Assembly: GCA_964016885.1 (NCBI GenBank)
Contig: OZ024745.1
Span: 131,812,001-131,876,000, forward strand
Reading direction: 5' to 3'
DNA length: 64,000 nt
DNA from: Eledone cirrhosa
Lineage: Eukaryota
The first letter of the stretch is position 1. Every line of letters begins with the position of its first letter. The translations under genes and the position numbers were made by a program. Below the pieces are notes generated by a model, which saw only the letters and a list, made by a program, of their open reading frames with translations, had not been told where the DNA came from and searched no databases. Positions 1-11,604 of this stretch are shown here, one piece after another.

Positions 1-26
1 AATGAAGTGATGATATATATATATAT

Positions 27-217
27 CCGTGTTGGTAACACGGTAAAAACCTCCCAGTCCACACTGTAAACGTGGTTGGTGTTAGGAAGGGCATCCAGCC
101 GTAGAAAACCCGCCAGACAGTCCTATACAAGCAAGTCAACCAATCTTGCCTCAAGTGGGAAAATTCCCGTCCAAACCCATGCAAGCGTGGAAGATGGACG
201 TTAAACGATGATGATGA
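27..217 (+). mobile_element. RTE-tailed SINE fragment (same family as 37100 and 47430 copies)
   Basis: GTTAGGAAGGGCATCCAGCCGTAGAAAAC body and CCGTCCAAACCCATGCAAGCGTGGAAGATGGACGTTAAAC-(GAT)n tail; matches copies elsewhere in the window. Confidence 0.8.
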
Positions 218-450
218 TATATATATATACACATATATACACATACACACATATATGTATACACATCTACACACACACATATATATATATATAATGCACA
301 CACATATACACACACACATATATATACATATACATTTATCAGACCTATTTCATAAAAGAGACCAAATGTAAGAATATTTATGAAAAGAATACTGAGGACC
401 AAAATACAACAGACAGTATTTAATGATGTTATAGAGAAAGTCAATCTTAC

Positions 451-492
451 AGTCCATAATCACCTCAACTAATAGGCTTTTTATATTGTGAA
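451..492 (-). other. candidate 42-nt cassette exon of an unidentified minus-strand gene
   Basis: ctcatttctctttag|...GGACT|gtaaga; only the phase 1-1 frame is open (xHNIKSLLVEVIMD); no homology recognised. Confidence 0.2.
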
Positions 493-675
493 CTAAAGAG
501 AAATGAGTATTATAATCAGTTGGGTTATAGGAACATTATTTCAAAATCGTGTTACATAAGGTATCTTGACATGGCAAATCAATAGAGTTATTTTAAATGG
601 CAGATAGAATACTTTCTAGTATTCAGTCAGGTTCTCTGTACTTTGAATTCAAAACCCCACTGAAGTTATCTTTAC

Positions 676-751
676 CTTTCAATAAAAGAAGTACCAGTTT
701 TGCACTGGGATCAATTCTTCCTGTATGTCTCTTTCTCACTTCTCTTTCCAT
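676..751 (-). other. candidate 76-nt exon
   Basis: ttctttcag|ATGGAA...GAAAG|gtaaag; open as MEREVRKRHTGRIDPSAKLVLLLLK and in phase with the 451-492 candidate. Confidence 0.15.
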
Positions 752-1204
752 CTGAAAGAACTTGACTGTGTTCAGACATGGAGAAGGATGAGCTGTACCA
801 AGTTTAAAATGCCCAAGATAGCACAACTACGATCCCAACAGTAGTTACAGATCCACACATACAGACAATATATCTTGAGCAAAGAAGTCTGGCAGAGACT
901 ATTCCAATACAACATAAATATACTCCATCAACAATCAGAGATTTTGTTATTTTCCAGTTTCGATGCATTTTACTACATTGATAAGCAGGTTATCTTGGAC
1001 ATCCTTAGTTTCATCACCTCCCATATTTGTTTTAGTTAGGTATATCAAACATCACAGAGAAGTGACACAGGGTACCGAAGGATATAAATAATGTGCCTTC
1101 AAATGTTAAGAGAAAAGGTTAAAAGAATTAAAAACATAATCAATGGGGGAGATATGAGTAGGTTAAACAACTCAGTATTGGAGTAAAAATACTTGATAGA
1201 GTGC

Positions 1205-1412
1205 ATAGCTTAGAGGTCTGAGAGTCACTCCAGGTAGAGCTGCTACTTCTCCGAATTGAGAGATCACAGCTCTGATACTATGGACATGTGGTTAGAATGT
1301 CTCTGGAAAGAATCACTGGAAAAGGTTGCTTCTGACAGGACCCACTGGAAGGAGTGTTTGAGGACTCTGCCCCACGACCCTCTCAGGAATAAGTGGGTAA
1401 AGAAGAAGAACT
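1205..1412 (+). mobile_element. RTE-type LINE 3' fragment with (AAG)n tail
   Basis: Encodes ...LEKVASDRTHWKECLRTLP; DNA similarity to 11470-11560, 15445-15560 and 20748-20890. Confidence 0.65.
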
Positions 1413-1674
1413 CAGCTTTAACACCTCATTATTGGCATAACACTTTTGTATCTAATACAACACTTATAGTGTTACATATATGAATGTGATCAAATGATAA
1501 GAAAGAGAAATCTTGGCTTTCTATGAGAATTTAACAGCTGCTAAAATATATTTCAACAATACTGAAAAGAGCAATTTCAAGTAAACACCTCACAGTTATT
1601 GTTTACAGATGACATGTCACATAGACATATCAAATAACAGAATATACTGGAAATGTAAGGGTAAAAGAGTAAAA

Positions 1675-1942
1675 ATCCCTTCGGTTACTAATAACCATGA
1701 GATTTGCACCTAGAAAGTTCTCATCCAAGGTTGTTTGTGGAAGACCAGCAGTCACCCATGCATTCCAGTCTCTCCTCTCCATACCACCAATGTTGTCCAA
1801 GGGAAAGATAATGGCTGATACAGCTTGGCACCAGTGACGTTGCAACTCATTTCTACAGCTGAGTAAACTGGAGCAACGTGAAATATAGTGTCTTGCTTAA
1901 GGACACAATGCAACACCCAGTCAGAGAATTGAACTCAACCTC
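1675..1942 (-). mobile_element. tRNA/CORE-type SINE fragment
   Basis: CTCATTTCTACAGCTGAGTAAACTGGAGCAACGTGAAAT...GTCTTGCT core shared with 15130, 23460 and 55357; distal part shared with 28185-28330. Confidence 0.7.
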
Positions 1943-2640
1943 AAGGAGTGTTTGAGGACTCTACCGCCCCTCCATGACGGAGAAGAAGAAGAAGAAGAAG
2001 TCATTGATAAAATACACTAGTAGTTTTATCTATTGTGACCTAGATAAAAAGTGATATGTTAGAATACACACGCAACCATTAGGTTGGCGTCGTAATTAGA
2101 CACAAAAATAGATTCCATATTTCTTAGAAGTGAAAAGATTCCTCAATTATCAGTTCATGTCTTGTTTTTAAGAGAACAAAGCATTTGAATTCATCAGTTG
2201 TCTCAAAGAGTGGACCAAAAATTTAGTACATCTCATTAGAGTTGAGTCGAAATATTAAAACTTTAAATTTATTGATTATTCAAGCAATTATAGAGCAACT
2301 CCTCTTTGCAGTTTTCTTCTTTTTTTTTTATAGATGATAGCGATTACAAGGAAATGGAAAAGAAAACAGACAAAATGATTTCTAAAAAAAAAAGAATAAC
2401 AAGACATTCCATTGAATTCTGTTTTCTATTGAGAAGTAAAATTCTAAAAGAGATTATCACAGAGTTGTTAAATTAGGGCAGGAGTTTCTTTTGTCATTGG
2501 AAGGCCATATTTAATTTAATTGAGACCTTATGAAGTCATATAGAGGAAATTTAACATATACAACAGCATTTCACATTTTTATTTACATATCCACTAATTT
2601 TAAATAATGACTCATAACATATGATGGCTTTCAATAGATG

Positions 2641-2652
2641 AATATATATATA

Positions 2653-2707
<55 letters not shown>

Positions 2708-2764
2708 TAGAGATGGGGGGAGGGAGAGGGAGAGATGGGGTGAGAGAGAGAGAGGGAGAGAGAG
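2641..2764. repeat. (TA)n/(GA)n compound microsatellite
   Basis: direct reading. Confidence 0.95.
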
Positions 2765-2960
2765 CTTTCAACAGATGTGAATTTGTTTTATAAAGCTGAC
2801 AATAGAAATTTCTTTACAAGTTCATTGTGAAGCATCAAAGACATTCAGTAAGTATTAGTTAATAGATGACTTTATTTCTCCCTTCTACTTTAAACCTTAC
2901 ATGTTATATACAGATAAAATATTGATTATTTTACTTCACAAGTGTACTGTTATTCTTTTA

Positions 2961-3088
2961 CTAGCTGGCACCGTGCCGTCAAGAATAACGGCTAATTGTA
3001 GTATTTTAGAGATAAAAACGGTACAAAGCCAAGTTTTTAGTTTAATAATTCTTTTATTACAATTTTTTTTATCTGCAACTAACATAGA
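2961..3088 (-). mobile_element. short non-autonomous Helitron or Helitron 3' end
   Basis: Minus strand: hairpin GCCGTT-ATTCTT-GACGGC just before CTAG|T; possible A|TC 5' end at 3088. Confidence 0.5.
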
Positions 3089-3657
3089 TAACCAAGATAA
3101 TATCTTGGTGTGCATGTGTATATATTTATATGTATGAGTGTATAAATATAAACACAGACACACATACACTCACACAAGTATGAATATATTCACACATACA
3201 CCCACACAAGTGATATAAACACACAAACTTACATATACTGACACAAGTATATGGGGTACCACCACCACCTTCATGAATCTTATATCAATCTTAGTCTGTT
3301 ACCCAGTTTATTGATCTTCATTTATGAAATAGTTGAGTTTACCCTAAGTTATGTTCCTCCTAGAGAGTTACCTACCTCTATGGAGTAATTGCTACAAGAA
3401 ATTTTACACAATTATACATACATACTGATGCTCATATGTGTATGTATGTGCATATATGCATTTATCTATCTATCTATATGCACACATGTATATATATATG
3501 TATGAGTGTGTATGTATGTATCTATGTATATGTATGTATGCATGTATTTATGTGTGCATATATATATATTTTTCAGGCCATTTCTGAATCGAATATTTTC
3601 AGTATTCTCTGTGTTTGCCATCATTCCCTTTATTGATTAACTAATTATGATGTAATC

Positions 3658-3733
3658 GGCACCAGATGATGTCACCAGGATATTATGTCACCAGGATATT
3701 ATGTAACCAGGCCATTGAAATATATATAGTGTT
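3658..3733 (+). ncRNA. degenerate type I hammerhead motif (Penelope-like remnant)
   Basis: GGCAC-CAGATGA (core U>A)...GAAA-TATATA-TA-GTGTT; stem II disrupted by a 16-bp tandem duplication. Confidence 0.4.
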
Positions 3734-3880
3734 TTTATTTTTGCAACAATAAAACTTTAAAGGGATATCACCAGTCCGGCCGCGTGTTATTTAATAAAAT
3801 TAATAATTTATACACACACATATATATATATATGTAGTAGGTAAACATATCCAAGCTATGGAGCAACTCAAGTCCATAGG

Positions 3881-4153
3881 GTGAGTTTGAGTACAATTAT
3901 TAAGGCCAGTTACTACAATGGTGCCATACCAGGTACATGTTTCATTAGCCCTGGTCTCCAATTTGTTCAGTCTGGGGCAATGAAAATGAACTGGTTCATT
4001 TTCATCAGCACAGGCAGAACAAGTTGGAGACCAGGGCTAATGAAACATATGTACCTGGTATGGCACCATTGTAGTAACTGGCCTTAATAATTGTACTCAA
4101 ACTCACTAATGAAATATACATACCTGGTATGGTGCCATTGTAGTAACTGGCCT

Positions 4154-4155
<2 letters not shown>
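3881..4155. repeat. long fold-back palindrome (~110-bp arms) plus a partial third copy
   Basis: GTGAGTTTGAGTACAATTATTAAGGCC... (3881) is the reverse complement of ...GGCCTTAATAATTGTACTCAAACTCAC (4106); centre near 3993; 4106-4154 repeats part of the right arm. Confidence 0.9.
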
Positions 4156-4185
<30 letters not shown>

Positions 4186-4633
4186 CATCATTAAATAAGT
4201 CAGAGAATATTGTTTTGCTCATATGTTCCATTTTTGGCATGGTTCCTATAGCTGACTGCCATTTCTAATAACAACAAACATTTTACAGAGTGTACTGGGT
4301 GCAATTGCCAATACATATGTCCTTTTAAAGGCAAACCTTCTTTAAATGTTTAAGCTATCATACATATTAATACAGACAATAAAACATCCTACTACAGTCT
4401 CCTATTTCCTATGTATGTTGAATATTTAATATCCAAATATTACACATGCCTTTATTTAATGATAAATCCTCATTATCTTATTGCATCCAGACACGTCTGT
4501 CACTCTTTCATACAGCTGTTAATTTCTTCTACTCACACAAATCTAATGTAATTTCTCAAGGAAGCTAATCATGTTAATACTACATAAATAAATAATCTGA
4601 CTATTGTTGTTTCTTTCAACTGAACTTAATCAC

Positions 4634-4645
4634 CTTTTTTGTTTT
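4634..4645 (-). other. candidate 12-nt microexon
   Basis: cattctcattttatttgcag|AAAACAAAAAAG|gtgatt. Confidence 0.15.
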
Positions 4646-4879
4646 CTGCAAATAAAATGAGAATGTGTAGAGAGAAATTTCTTCACCTAAATGATATTGT
4701 CTCAAGAAAAAAATATTTTAACAACAGAAATGAAATTGCTAAACTAATAGAACGTAGTAATTTCCACATGCATGTGTGTGTGTGTGTGTGTGTGTATCCC
4801 AGGTTCAATCGAGGGTAACCACAGTAAGTAAGGTACTCAATACACAGTAGAGTATATACAATATCTAATATAGAAATAA

Positions 4880-4926
4880 TTTCTACAGGACTAGAACTGT
4901 TTCATTCAAAAGAAATCATCAGGAAA
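4880..4926 (-). ncRNA. type I hammerhead ribozyme motif (Penelope-like element end)
   Basis: Minus strand: TTTC-CTGATGA-TTTCTTTTGAAT-GAAA-CAG-TTCTAGTC-CTG-TA-GAAA; stems I, II and III can all be drawn. Confidence 0.6.
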
Positions 4927-5159
4927 ATACATACCAAAATACATCAACACAAAAAAAGATCTCATAAAATTGAGAAGGTCCTTTGTGAAATTCCTCCAAG
5001 AAATTCCAGATAAACCTGGATATGTCTTCAGTAACAGGGGTGGGTCATAGTGTCGAAAACATTACTGAAGTGTGAAGCATGATTTGAAAGACTTTGCCAG
5101 GTGATGTTATTAAGGGAGACATCGATGGAGCAATACTGGCCAAAACCTATCGAAGTTAT

Positions 5160-5276
5160 CAGATAGATATATGGACAGATTGACAGACAGGTAGATAGAG
5201 AGATAGAGAGATTGATCGATAGATAAAAAGAAAGATAGATAGATAGATTGATAGATAGTTAGATAGATTGAGAGAT

Positions 5277-5314
<38 letters not shown>

Positions 5315-5532
5315 GGGAATTAATTTATTTTCAAGCATGAAATATTTGGTAAAGTTGGTGCTACAAGAAGGTGGTGGTGGTGGTGATGGGAGGTGGTTAT
5401 GAGTGGTGGTGGGTGGTGATGGGAGGTGGTTATGAGTGGTGGTGGTGGGTGGTTATGAGTGGTGGTGAGTGGTGATGGGAGGTGGTTATGAGTGGGTGTA
5501 AATGGGTGGTGGTTGTGAGTGGTGGTGGGTGT
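5160..5532. repeat. (GATA)n, (GA)n and GGT-rich low-complexity repeats
   Basis: direct reading. Confidence 0.9.
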
Positions 5533-5827
5533 GGAGAAGAAAACAAGAGACAAAGTCAGATGAGTTGGTTGTCAGAATTGATAGCAGCTATGATAATCAC
5601 AATTGCTATGATGACTATGATAGAAGATCTTCTGTCATAAGATATATATCTTAACAGCTGTTGTGGGGGGTACCACCACGAAGAGCAGGATGGAAAATAA
5701 CAACAGCAGCGTAACAGCAAAAGTACAGTCACAGCAGCAACATCAACATCACTGACTCAGTGTATTTTATGGTGAAATATTCAGTAGTGTTTTGCAGCAA
5801 GAGGAAAGAAGAAGTAGATCCACTCAC

Positions 5828-5842
5828 AGTCCTCAGGGCTTT
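5828..5842 (-). other. candidate 15-nt microexon, or donor of an alternative first exon
   Basis: First AG after a U-rich tract: ggcaag|AAAGCCCTGAGGACT|gtgagt (consensus donor). Confidence 0.2.
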
Positions 5843-5975
5843 CTTGCCATGTGAAATATCAGACAAACAAAACAAAAAAACTATCATATTTGTTTTCCAT
5901 GCTTCCATTGACAAACTATCAATGTGGTTTCTAAGCAATCTGGTTTGATCTGTACACTTTTAATGTAGCAGCCAA

Positions 5976-6227
5976 ATCTCTCTCTCTTGCTGTCTCTCTC
6001 TCCCTCTCTCTAGCTGTCTCTCTCTCCCTCTCTCTTGCTTTCTGTCTTTCTCTCTTGCTCTCTCTCTCTCTCTCTTGTTCTTGTTCTCTTTCTCTCTTGC
6101 TGTCTCTCTCACTCTCTCACTTTCTCTCTTGCTTTGTGTTTTCTCTCTTACTCTCTCTCTTGCTGTGCCTCTGTCTCTCTTTTGCTCTCTGTACAATTTT
6201 TTTCTGTCTCTCTGTCTCTCTCTCTCT
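5976..6227. repeat. degenerate (CT)n tract
   Basis: direct reading. Confidence 0.9.
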
Positions 6228-7079
6228 ACCATTTCTGAAATTGGAATCCCATGTAATACCCTAAGGCTTAAGAAACTCTCCACACAAGGCCAAGATGGTG
6301 GCAGTAGCTAGAACACGGAACATGTAATGTGTGTGTGTTAGATAGATATTTGGTTTAATGTAGGGGCTTTCCTCATCTGTAATAATAAATCTTGGCTATT
6401 GTCAAATATACTCAGATCACAGGATCGCAGTAATAGAAGTTCAACAAGCAATATAATTTTGAATAGGACACCCCAGCCCCCTCCCCAAAAATGTCCAATA
6501 GTATATAGTCTATATTTACTTTAAGAACAGCTGTTCTCTTGAATATAACCATAATCCTAATGATTATGGGTTAATAGTTTATATACAAGTGTATCTTGAT
6601 AACTTCACATCTTGGTGAATCTATGTAAACATCATATGAGAAGCTGCTCATATTTCAGCAAATCTCGACCAAGATAACTCAAACAAAACACTGTATCTAA
6701 ATACAAATCACATGATTATACACCCACACACACCTACCTTTACCTTGTTGAAAATCTAGTTACAACATTTGCTTCTACAATTCAATGAAAAATGTTTTTG
6801 GAACCAACTCAGAGTAATGATATCAGAAGACAGAAAAAAAAAAGAACGAAAAAACCCCCCCACAACAAATAACCCCTCCATGAAATCCTTTTGGAAGCAG
6901 CCAGTTTGAAACCACTCCTGTTTCTATGATATATAACTCTTATGTATCGTGGAGATAGGTAAAACAGCCTCTTTGTTGCCATCTTAAATCCCACCACATC
7001 TTTTGTATTGTTGCAGCCTTCAAATTACATACTTTTTATATATAACTCTTTATTTTAATGTCTATATATTTATCTAAAC

Positions 7080-7478
7080 ATGGGTGGCAACTGCAGAGGA
7101 TATGCGACGGCTGGAGAGAAATGAAGCAAGTATGCTCCGTTGGATGTGCAATGTCAATGTGCGTGAACGACCAAGCATAGACGAGTTGAAAAAGAAACTG
7201 GGTATAAGACGGATAAGTTGTGGTGTGCAGGAGAGAAGGCTGAGATGGTATGGATATGTGATGCCAAGAAATCCCACTAGAAGGGAGATACAGTAGAGGT
7301 AGACCACGTAAAACATGGGTGGAGGTGGTGAGAGCAGACCTCAGATCACTGAAACTCACTGAGGAGATGACGAAGGACCATGACAAGTGGGGAGATGCTG
7401 TGCTAAATAGGACCCATCCAACCCTTGCAAGCAGGGAAAAGCGGATGTAAAATGATGATGTGATGATGATGATGATGA
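7080..7478 (+). mobile_element. RTE-clade LINE 3' end, 5'-truncated and internally deleted
   Basis: W-TAEDMRRLERNEASMLRWMCNV...QERRLRWYGYV, then GRPRKTWVEVVRADL; tail CAACCCTTGCAAGCAGGGAAAAGCGGATGTAAAA-(TGA)n. Confidence 0.9.
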
Positions 7479-8084
7479 TCCCACCATCATTTTATGTAAG
7501 AATCTTTGTTTTAAAACACCAGCTTAATAATGATAATGAAAAACTTAAGTTTCATTATTAAATCCCTTAACATTTTTGATGATTTTCAAAATAATTAAAA
7601 AATCATAGGCAGAGTCTTTCATTAGAAATATAGTAGCAAAAGGGTGAAAGTAAAGAATGGAACAGTTAATAGCTAACATCAGTAGCCAGCCCTAACTGAT
7701 TCTCTCCATCTTACTCCCTCCCACATATCTCTCTTCGTTATTGAGATTAAAACAAAGAATGTCTTTGATATTAGATCAAATGATTTATTGTTACTGTTAT
7801 GTTGCTATAACTAGGAGAGTGTAGGAGTATTTGGAGCTTCCTTCATCCTCACCAGCTGCCCTCTACTATTTCATTACCTTCTAGGTTTTGTTTTTTTCCC
7901 ACTTGTTGTGTAATTTGTGTTATGACCTTTCATCTGTCACACTTGCAACAATAAGAGAAGCCCCTGTAATTATTATTATTATTATTATTATTGAGTGGCA
8001 GTATTGGTAGAGCTCCGCAGCAAATAGTTACAAGTCCATTATACACACATCACACAAATGTGTGTATAACAAATATTATTATTT

Positions 8085-8493
8085 GGATTGGCAGTATTGG
8101 TAGAGGGTTGGACGCCATGTTTTGCAGCATAGAGTTACGGCTCTTTACGTTCTGAGTTCAAATCCCACCAAGGTTAACTTTGCCTTTCATCCTTATGGGG
8201 TCGATAAAATAAAGTACCAGTAATGTACTGGTTAATTGTTGGCCTTGAGCCAAATGTAGAAACAATTATTATTTGGATTGGCAGTGTCAGTAGAGCGTCA
8301 GACATGCTTTGCAGCATAGAGTTACGACCCTTTACGTTCTGATTCAAATCTTGCCGAGGTTACCTTTGCCTTTCATCCTTTAGGGATCGATAAATAAAGT
8401 ATCTGTAATGCACTGGGGTCGATTTAACCGAATTTCCCTTCCCCCCAAATTGCTGGCCTTGTGCCTAAATCAGAAACAGTTATTATTATTATT
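8085..8493 (+). mobile_element. two tandem Meta-domain-type tRNA SINEs
   Basis: B-box-like GAGTTCAAATCC followed by TTTGCCTTTCATCCTT..GGGGTCGATAAAATAAAGTACC and (ATT)n tails. Confidence 0.85.
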
Positions 8494-8549
8494 GATCAGG
8501 TTGTTGAAATTTTTAATTTCGTTTTAACTGCCATGGCGTTTGTTGTGGC

Positions 8550-8792
8550 CACCACTGCCACCACCCCCACTGCCACCACCACCACCACCACCACTGCTAC
8601 TGTTATCGCACCCACTGCCACCACCACCACAACCCCCACTACCACTGCCACCACTTCCACCACCACCACAACCCCCACTACCACTGCCACCACTTCCACC
8701 ACCATCTTCACCCCTGCCATTACAACAATGACTACCCCCCCCCCCCCACACACACACCACCACCACCATAACCCACCCTCCCCACCACCACA
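8550..8792. repeat. (ACC)n-type triplet low-complexity repeat
   Basis: direct reading. Confidence 0.9.
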
Positions 8793-8879
8793 ATCATTCT
8801 TTTGTTTCATGTTGATGTTATTGTTAATGTTATCACTATTTGCATCATGTTCAATTTCTCTCTTCTTTTCAGTTTAGTG

Positions 8880-8887
8880 TGACGTCA
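8880..8887. promoter_or_regulatory. perfect CRE palindrome TGACGTCA in a non-repeat island
   Basis: exact 8-mer; function not supported beyond the motif. Confidence 0.15.
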
Positions 8888-9105
8888 ACTTCCATGAAAC
8901 AGACACAAACATTGACATAACAAACCAGAGCTTGGAAAAACAAAACTTTAACAATAACCTCATAAATAATAAACAAAAAAGCAACTAATATATTTATATA
9001 AAAAACATCTTTTTCAGAGACAAGTTTCAATTGCTTCTAGCATGAATCTACAGCTTCCACCTCTTCTGGTTGAGTTCATCTTTTTTTATAACATGAATGA
9101 TAGAA

Positions 9106-9585
9106 TCACTACCACCACCAGCACCAACAACACTACCACCACCACATACATCACTACCAACAACACATACATCACTACCACCACCACCACCATCACATAT
9201 ATCACTACCAACAACAGCACATACATCACCACCACCACCAACAACAACACATACATCACCACCAACAACAACACATATATCACCACCACCGCCAACAATA
9301 CATACATCACCATCACCAACAACAACAACACATATCACCACCACCACCAACAACACATACATCACCACCACCATCACCAGCAACAACAACAACACATACA
9401 TCACTACCACCAACAACACAAACATCACCACGACCACTACCACCATCACATACATCACCACCACCACCAACAACAACAACACATACATCACCACCACCAA
9501 CAACAACACATACATCACCACCACCACCACCACTACCACTACCACAACCACCACCATCACATACATCACTACCACACACATCAAT
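9106..9585. repeat. ACC/AAC/ACATACATC-based minisatellite
   Basis: recurring CAACAACACATACATCACCACCAC. Confidence 0.9.
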
Positions 9586-9659
9586 GATAACATCAAGGAA
9601 AACATCTCTACCATCAAAATTACAACTGACATCAACACAACCACTACTAAAAGTCTAGA

Positions 9660-10460
9660 GTGTGTCTCAAGGCAGGAGTCTCGTCAGTCCACTGTTTATC
9701 TCAGTTTAATAGTGTGAAGTGACAGAGCACAAGATTCCCCCCTTGGCAGGACACCAGTTCATCTCTGGGTTAAAGTGTGTCTCAAGCCAGGAGGCTCAGT
9801 AGACCACAGCTTATCTCAGTTTAATAGTGTGAAGTGACAGAGCACAAGATTCCCCCCTTGGCAGGACACCAGTTCATCTCTGGGTTAAAGTGTGTCTCAA
9901 GCCAGGAGGCTCAGTAGACCACAGCTTATCTCAGTTTAATAGTGTGAAGTGACAGAGCACAAGATTCCCCCCTTGGCAGGACACCAGTTCATCTCTGGGT
10001 TAAAGTGTGTCTCAAGCCAGGAGGCTCAGTAGACCACAGCTTATCTCAGTTTAATAGTGTGAAGTGACAGAGCACAAGATTCCCCCCTTGGCAGGACACC
10101 AGTTCATCTCTGGGTTAAAGTGTGTCTCAAGCCAGGGGGCTCAGTAGACCACAGCTTATCTCAGTTTAATGGTGTGATATAACAGAGCACAAGACTCCCC
10201 CCTTGGCAGGACACCAATCCATCTCTGGGTTAAAGTGTGTCTCAAGCCAGGAGGCTCGTCAGACCACAGCTTATCTCAGTTTAATGGTGTGATATAACAG
10301 AGCACAAGACTCCCCCCTTGGCAGGACACCAATCCATCACTGGGTTAAAGTGAGTCTCAATCCAGGAGGCTCGTCAGGCTGGTGCTTATCATGGTTTTGT
10401 GGTGTGAAGTGACAGAGCACAAGACTCCCCCTAGTGGACAGCACACCAGTCCTTTGCAGG
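9660..10460. repeat. 115-bp tandem array (~7 copies) derived from the distal part of a Nin/Deu-like SINE
   Basis: TAAAGTG starts at 9771, 9886, 10001, 10116, 10231 and 10346; the last unit runs into the SINE core. Confidence 0.95.
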
Positions 10461-10610
10461 ATTAGCTCCTACCCCCCAGCTATTACTGGTACTCATTTTC
10501 AGCTGACTACAGTGGAGCAATGTGAAATGAAGTGTTTTGCCCAAGAACACAACCCACAACATTATGATTGTGATTCCAAAACCCTTACCACTGAGCCTTG
10601 CACCTCCACC
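10350..10610 (-). mobile_element. tRNA SINE with Nin/Deu-like central domain
   Basis: GGTACTCATTTTCAGCTGA...GGAGCAATGTGAAATGAAGTGTTTTGCCCAAGAACACAAC; tRNA-like head at ~10570-10610. Confidence 0.7.
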
Positions 10611-10767
10611 AAAAGAAAACCACTAATACCACATCTCCTTCAAATGACACCACAAATAAAGAATACATTAGGTAATGTAGTCAGTCTTACATACAGACAG
10701 GATGGTCATTACTGGAATAAATCATGTCTGATTGATCAGTATTGACCCAGGACTAAACAATAACACT

Positions 10768-11150
10768 AATAATTGTTTCTATTTTTGGCACAAGACCAGC
10801 AATTACCCAGTACATTACTGGTACTTTATTTTATCGACTCCGTAAGGATGAAAGGCAAAGTTAACCTCGGCGAGATTTGAACTCAGATCATAAAGGGACG
10901 TAATTCTATGCTTCAAAGCATGGCATCCTGACCCTCTACCGATACTGCCAATTCACCGCTAACACTAATAATGGTTTCTGATTGAGGCACAAGGCCAACA
11001 ATTTTGGGGGAAGGGAAACGTCAGTTGAATCGACCCCAGTGCATTACTGGTAATTTGTTTTATCAACCCATGTAAGGATGAAAGGCAAAGCTAACCGCAG
11101 CAGGATTTGAACTCAGAATGTAAAGGGACGTAACTCTATGCTGCAAACAC
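10768..11150 (-). mobile_element. two Meta-domain-type SINEs
   Basis: GGATGAAAGGCAAAG...GATTTGAACTCAG, the reverse complement of the 8085 family. Confidence 0.85.
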
Positions 11151-11454
11151 TAACGACACCAACAAAGGACTCTTATGCAGCCCCCTCCAAACTGCCAAAA
11201 TTTCCACAAATTATTTGTTGCTGTCTTAAAACAGAATGCTTAGAATGGATATTGTTGTCCTAGTTACATTATGTTTAAAACACCTTTGATAATAAATAGG
11301 TTTGTATGATCAGGGCTGATCTGGGTCTAGACAACAACAGCAACAATATCAACAATAATAATTTGGGAGTATCTACCTGCTCCTTTGACCTCATTGAAAT
11401 AGCAATCAAATTTCTCTCATACTGCACCCTACTGTGGGCAATAGCTATAGATAG

Positions 11455-11604
11455 AATATCTATGAAGAGAAAAATAAGAGAGTCACTCCAGGTAGAGCCG
11501 TTATTTCTCCGAATTGAAAGATCACAGCTCAGATATTACGGGCATGTGGTTAGAAAATCTCAAGAAAGAAGTGGTGGATAGATTTTATGAGCAAAACATG
11601 AGCA
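11455..11604 (+). mobile_element. RTE LINE fragment
   Basis: KIRESLQVEPLFLRIERSQLRYYGHVVR. Confidence 0.7.

Noticed and set aside
2334-2476. Plus-strand acceptor followed by DDSDYKEMEKK...
   Set aside because: Isolated, runs through a poly-A tract, and opposes the apparent minus-strand bias
5000-5035. CTGAAGA plus hairpin on the minus strand as a hammerhead
   Set aside because: No GAAA or stem I at the required spacing
8461-9717. Mucin-like, poly-His and poly-Val ORFs (also 12.1, 15.6, 28.8 and 51.9 kb)
   Set aside because: Triplet repeats open in several frames on both strands, with no domain or splice support
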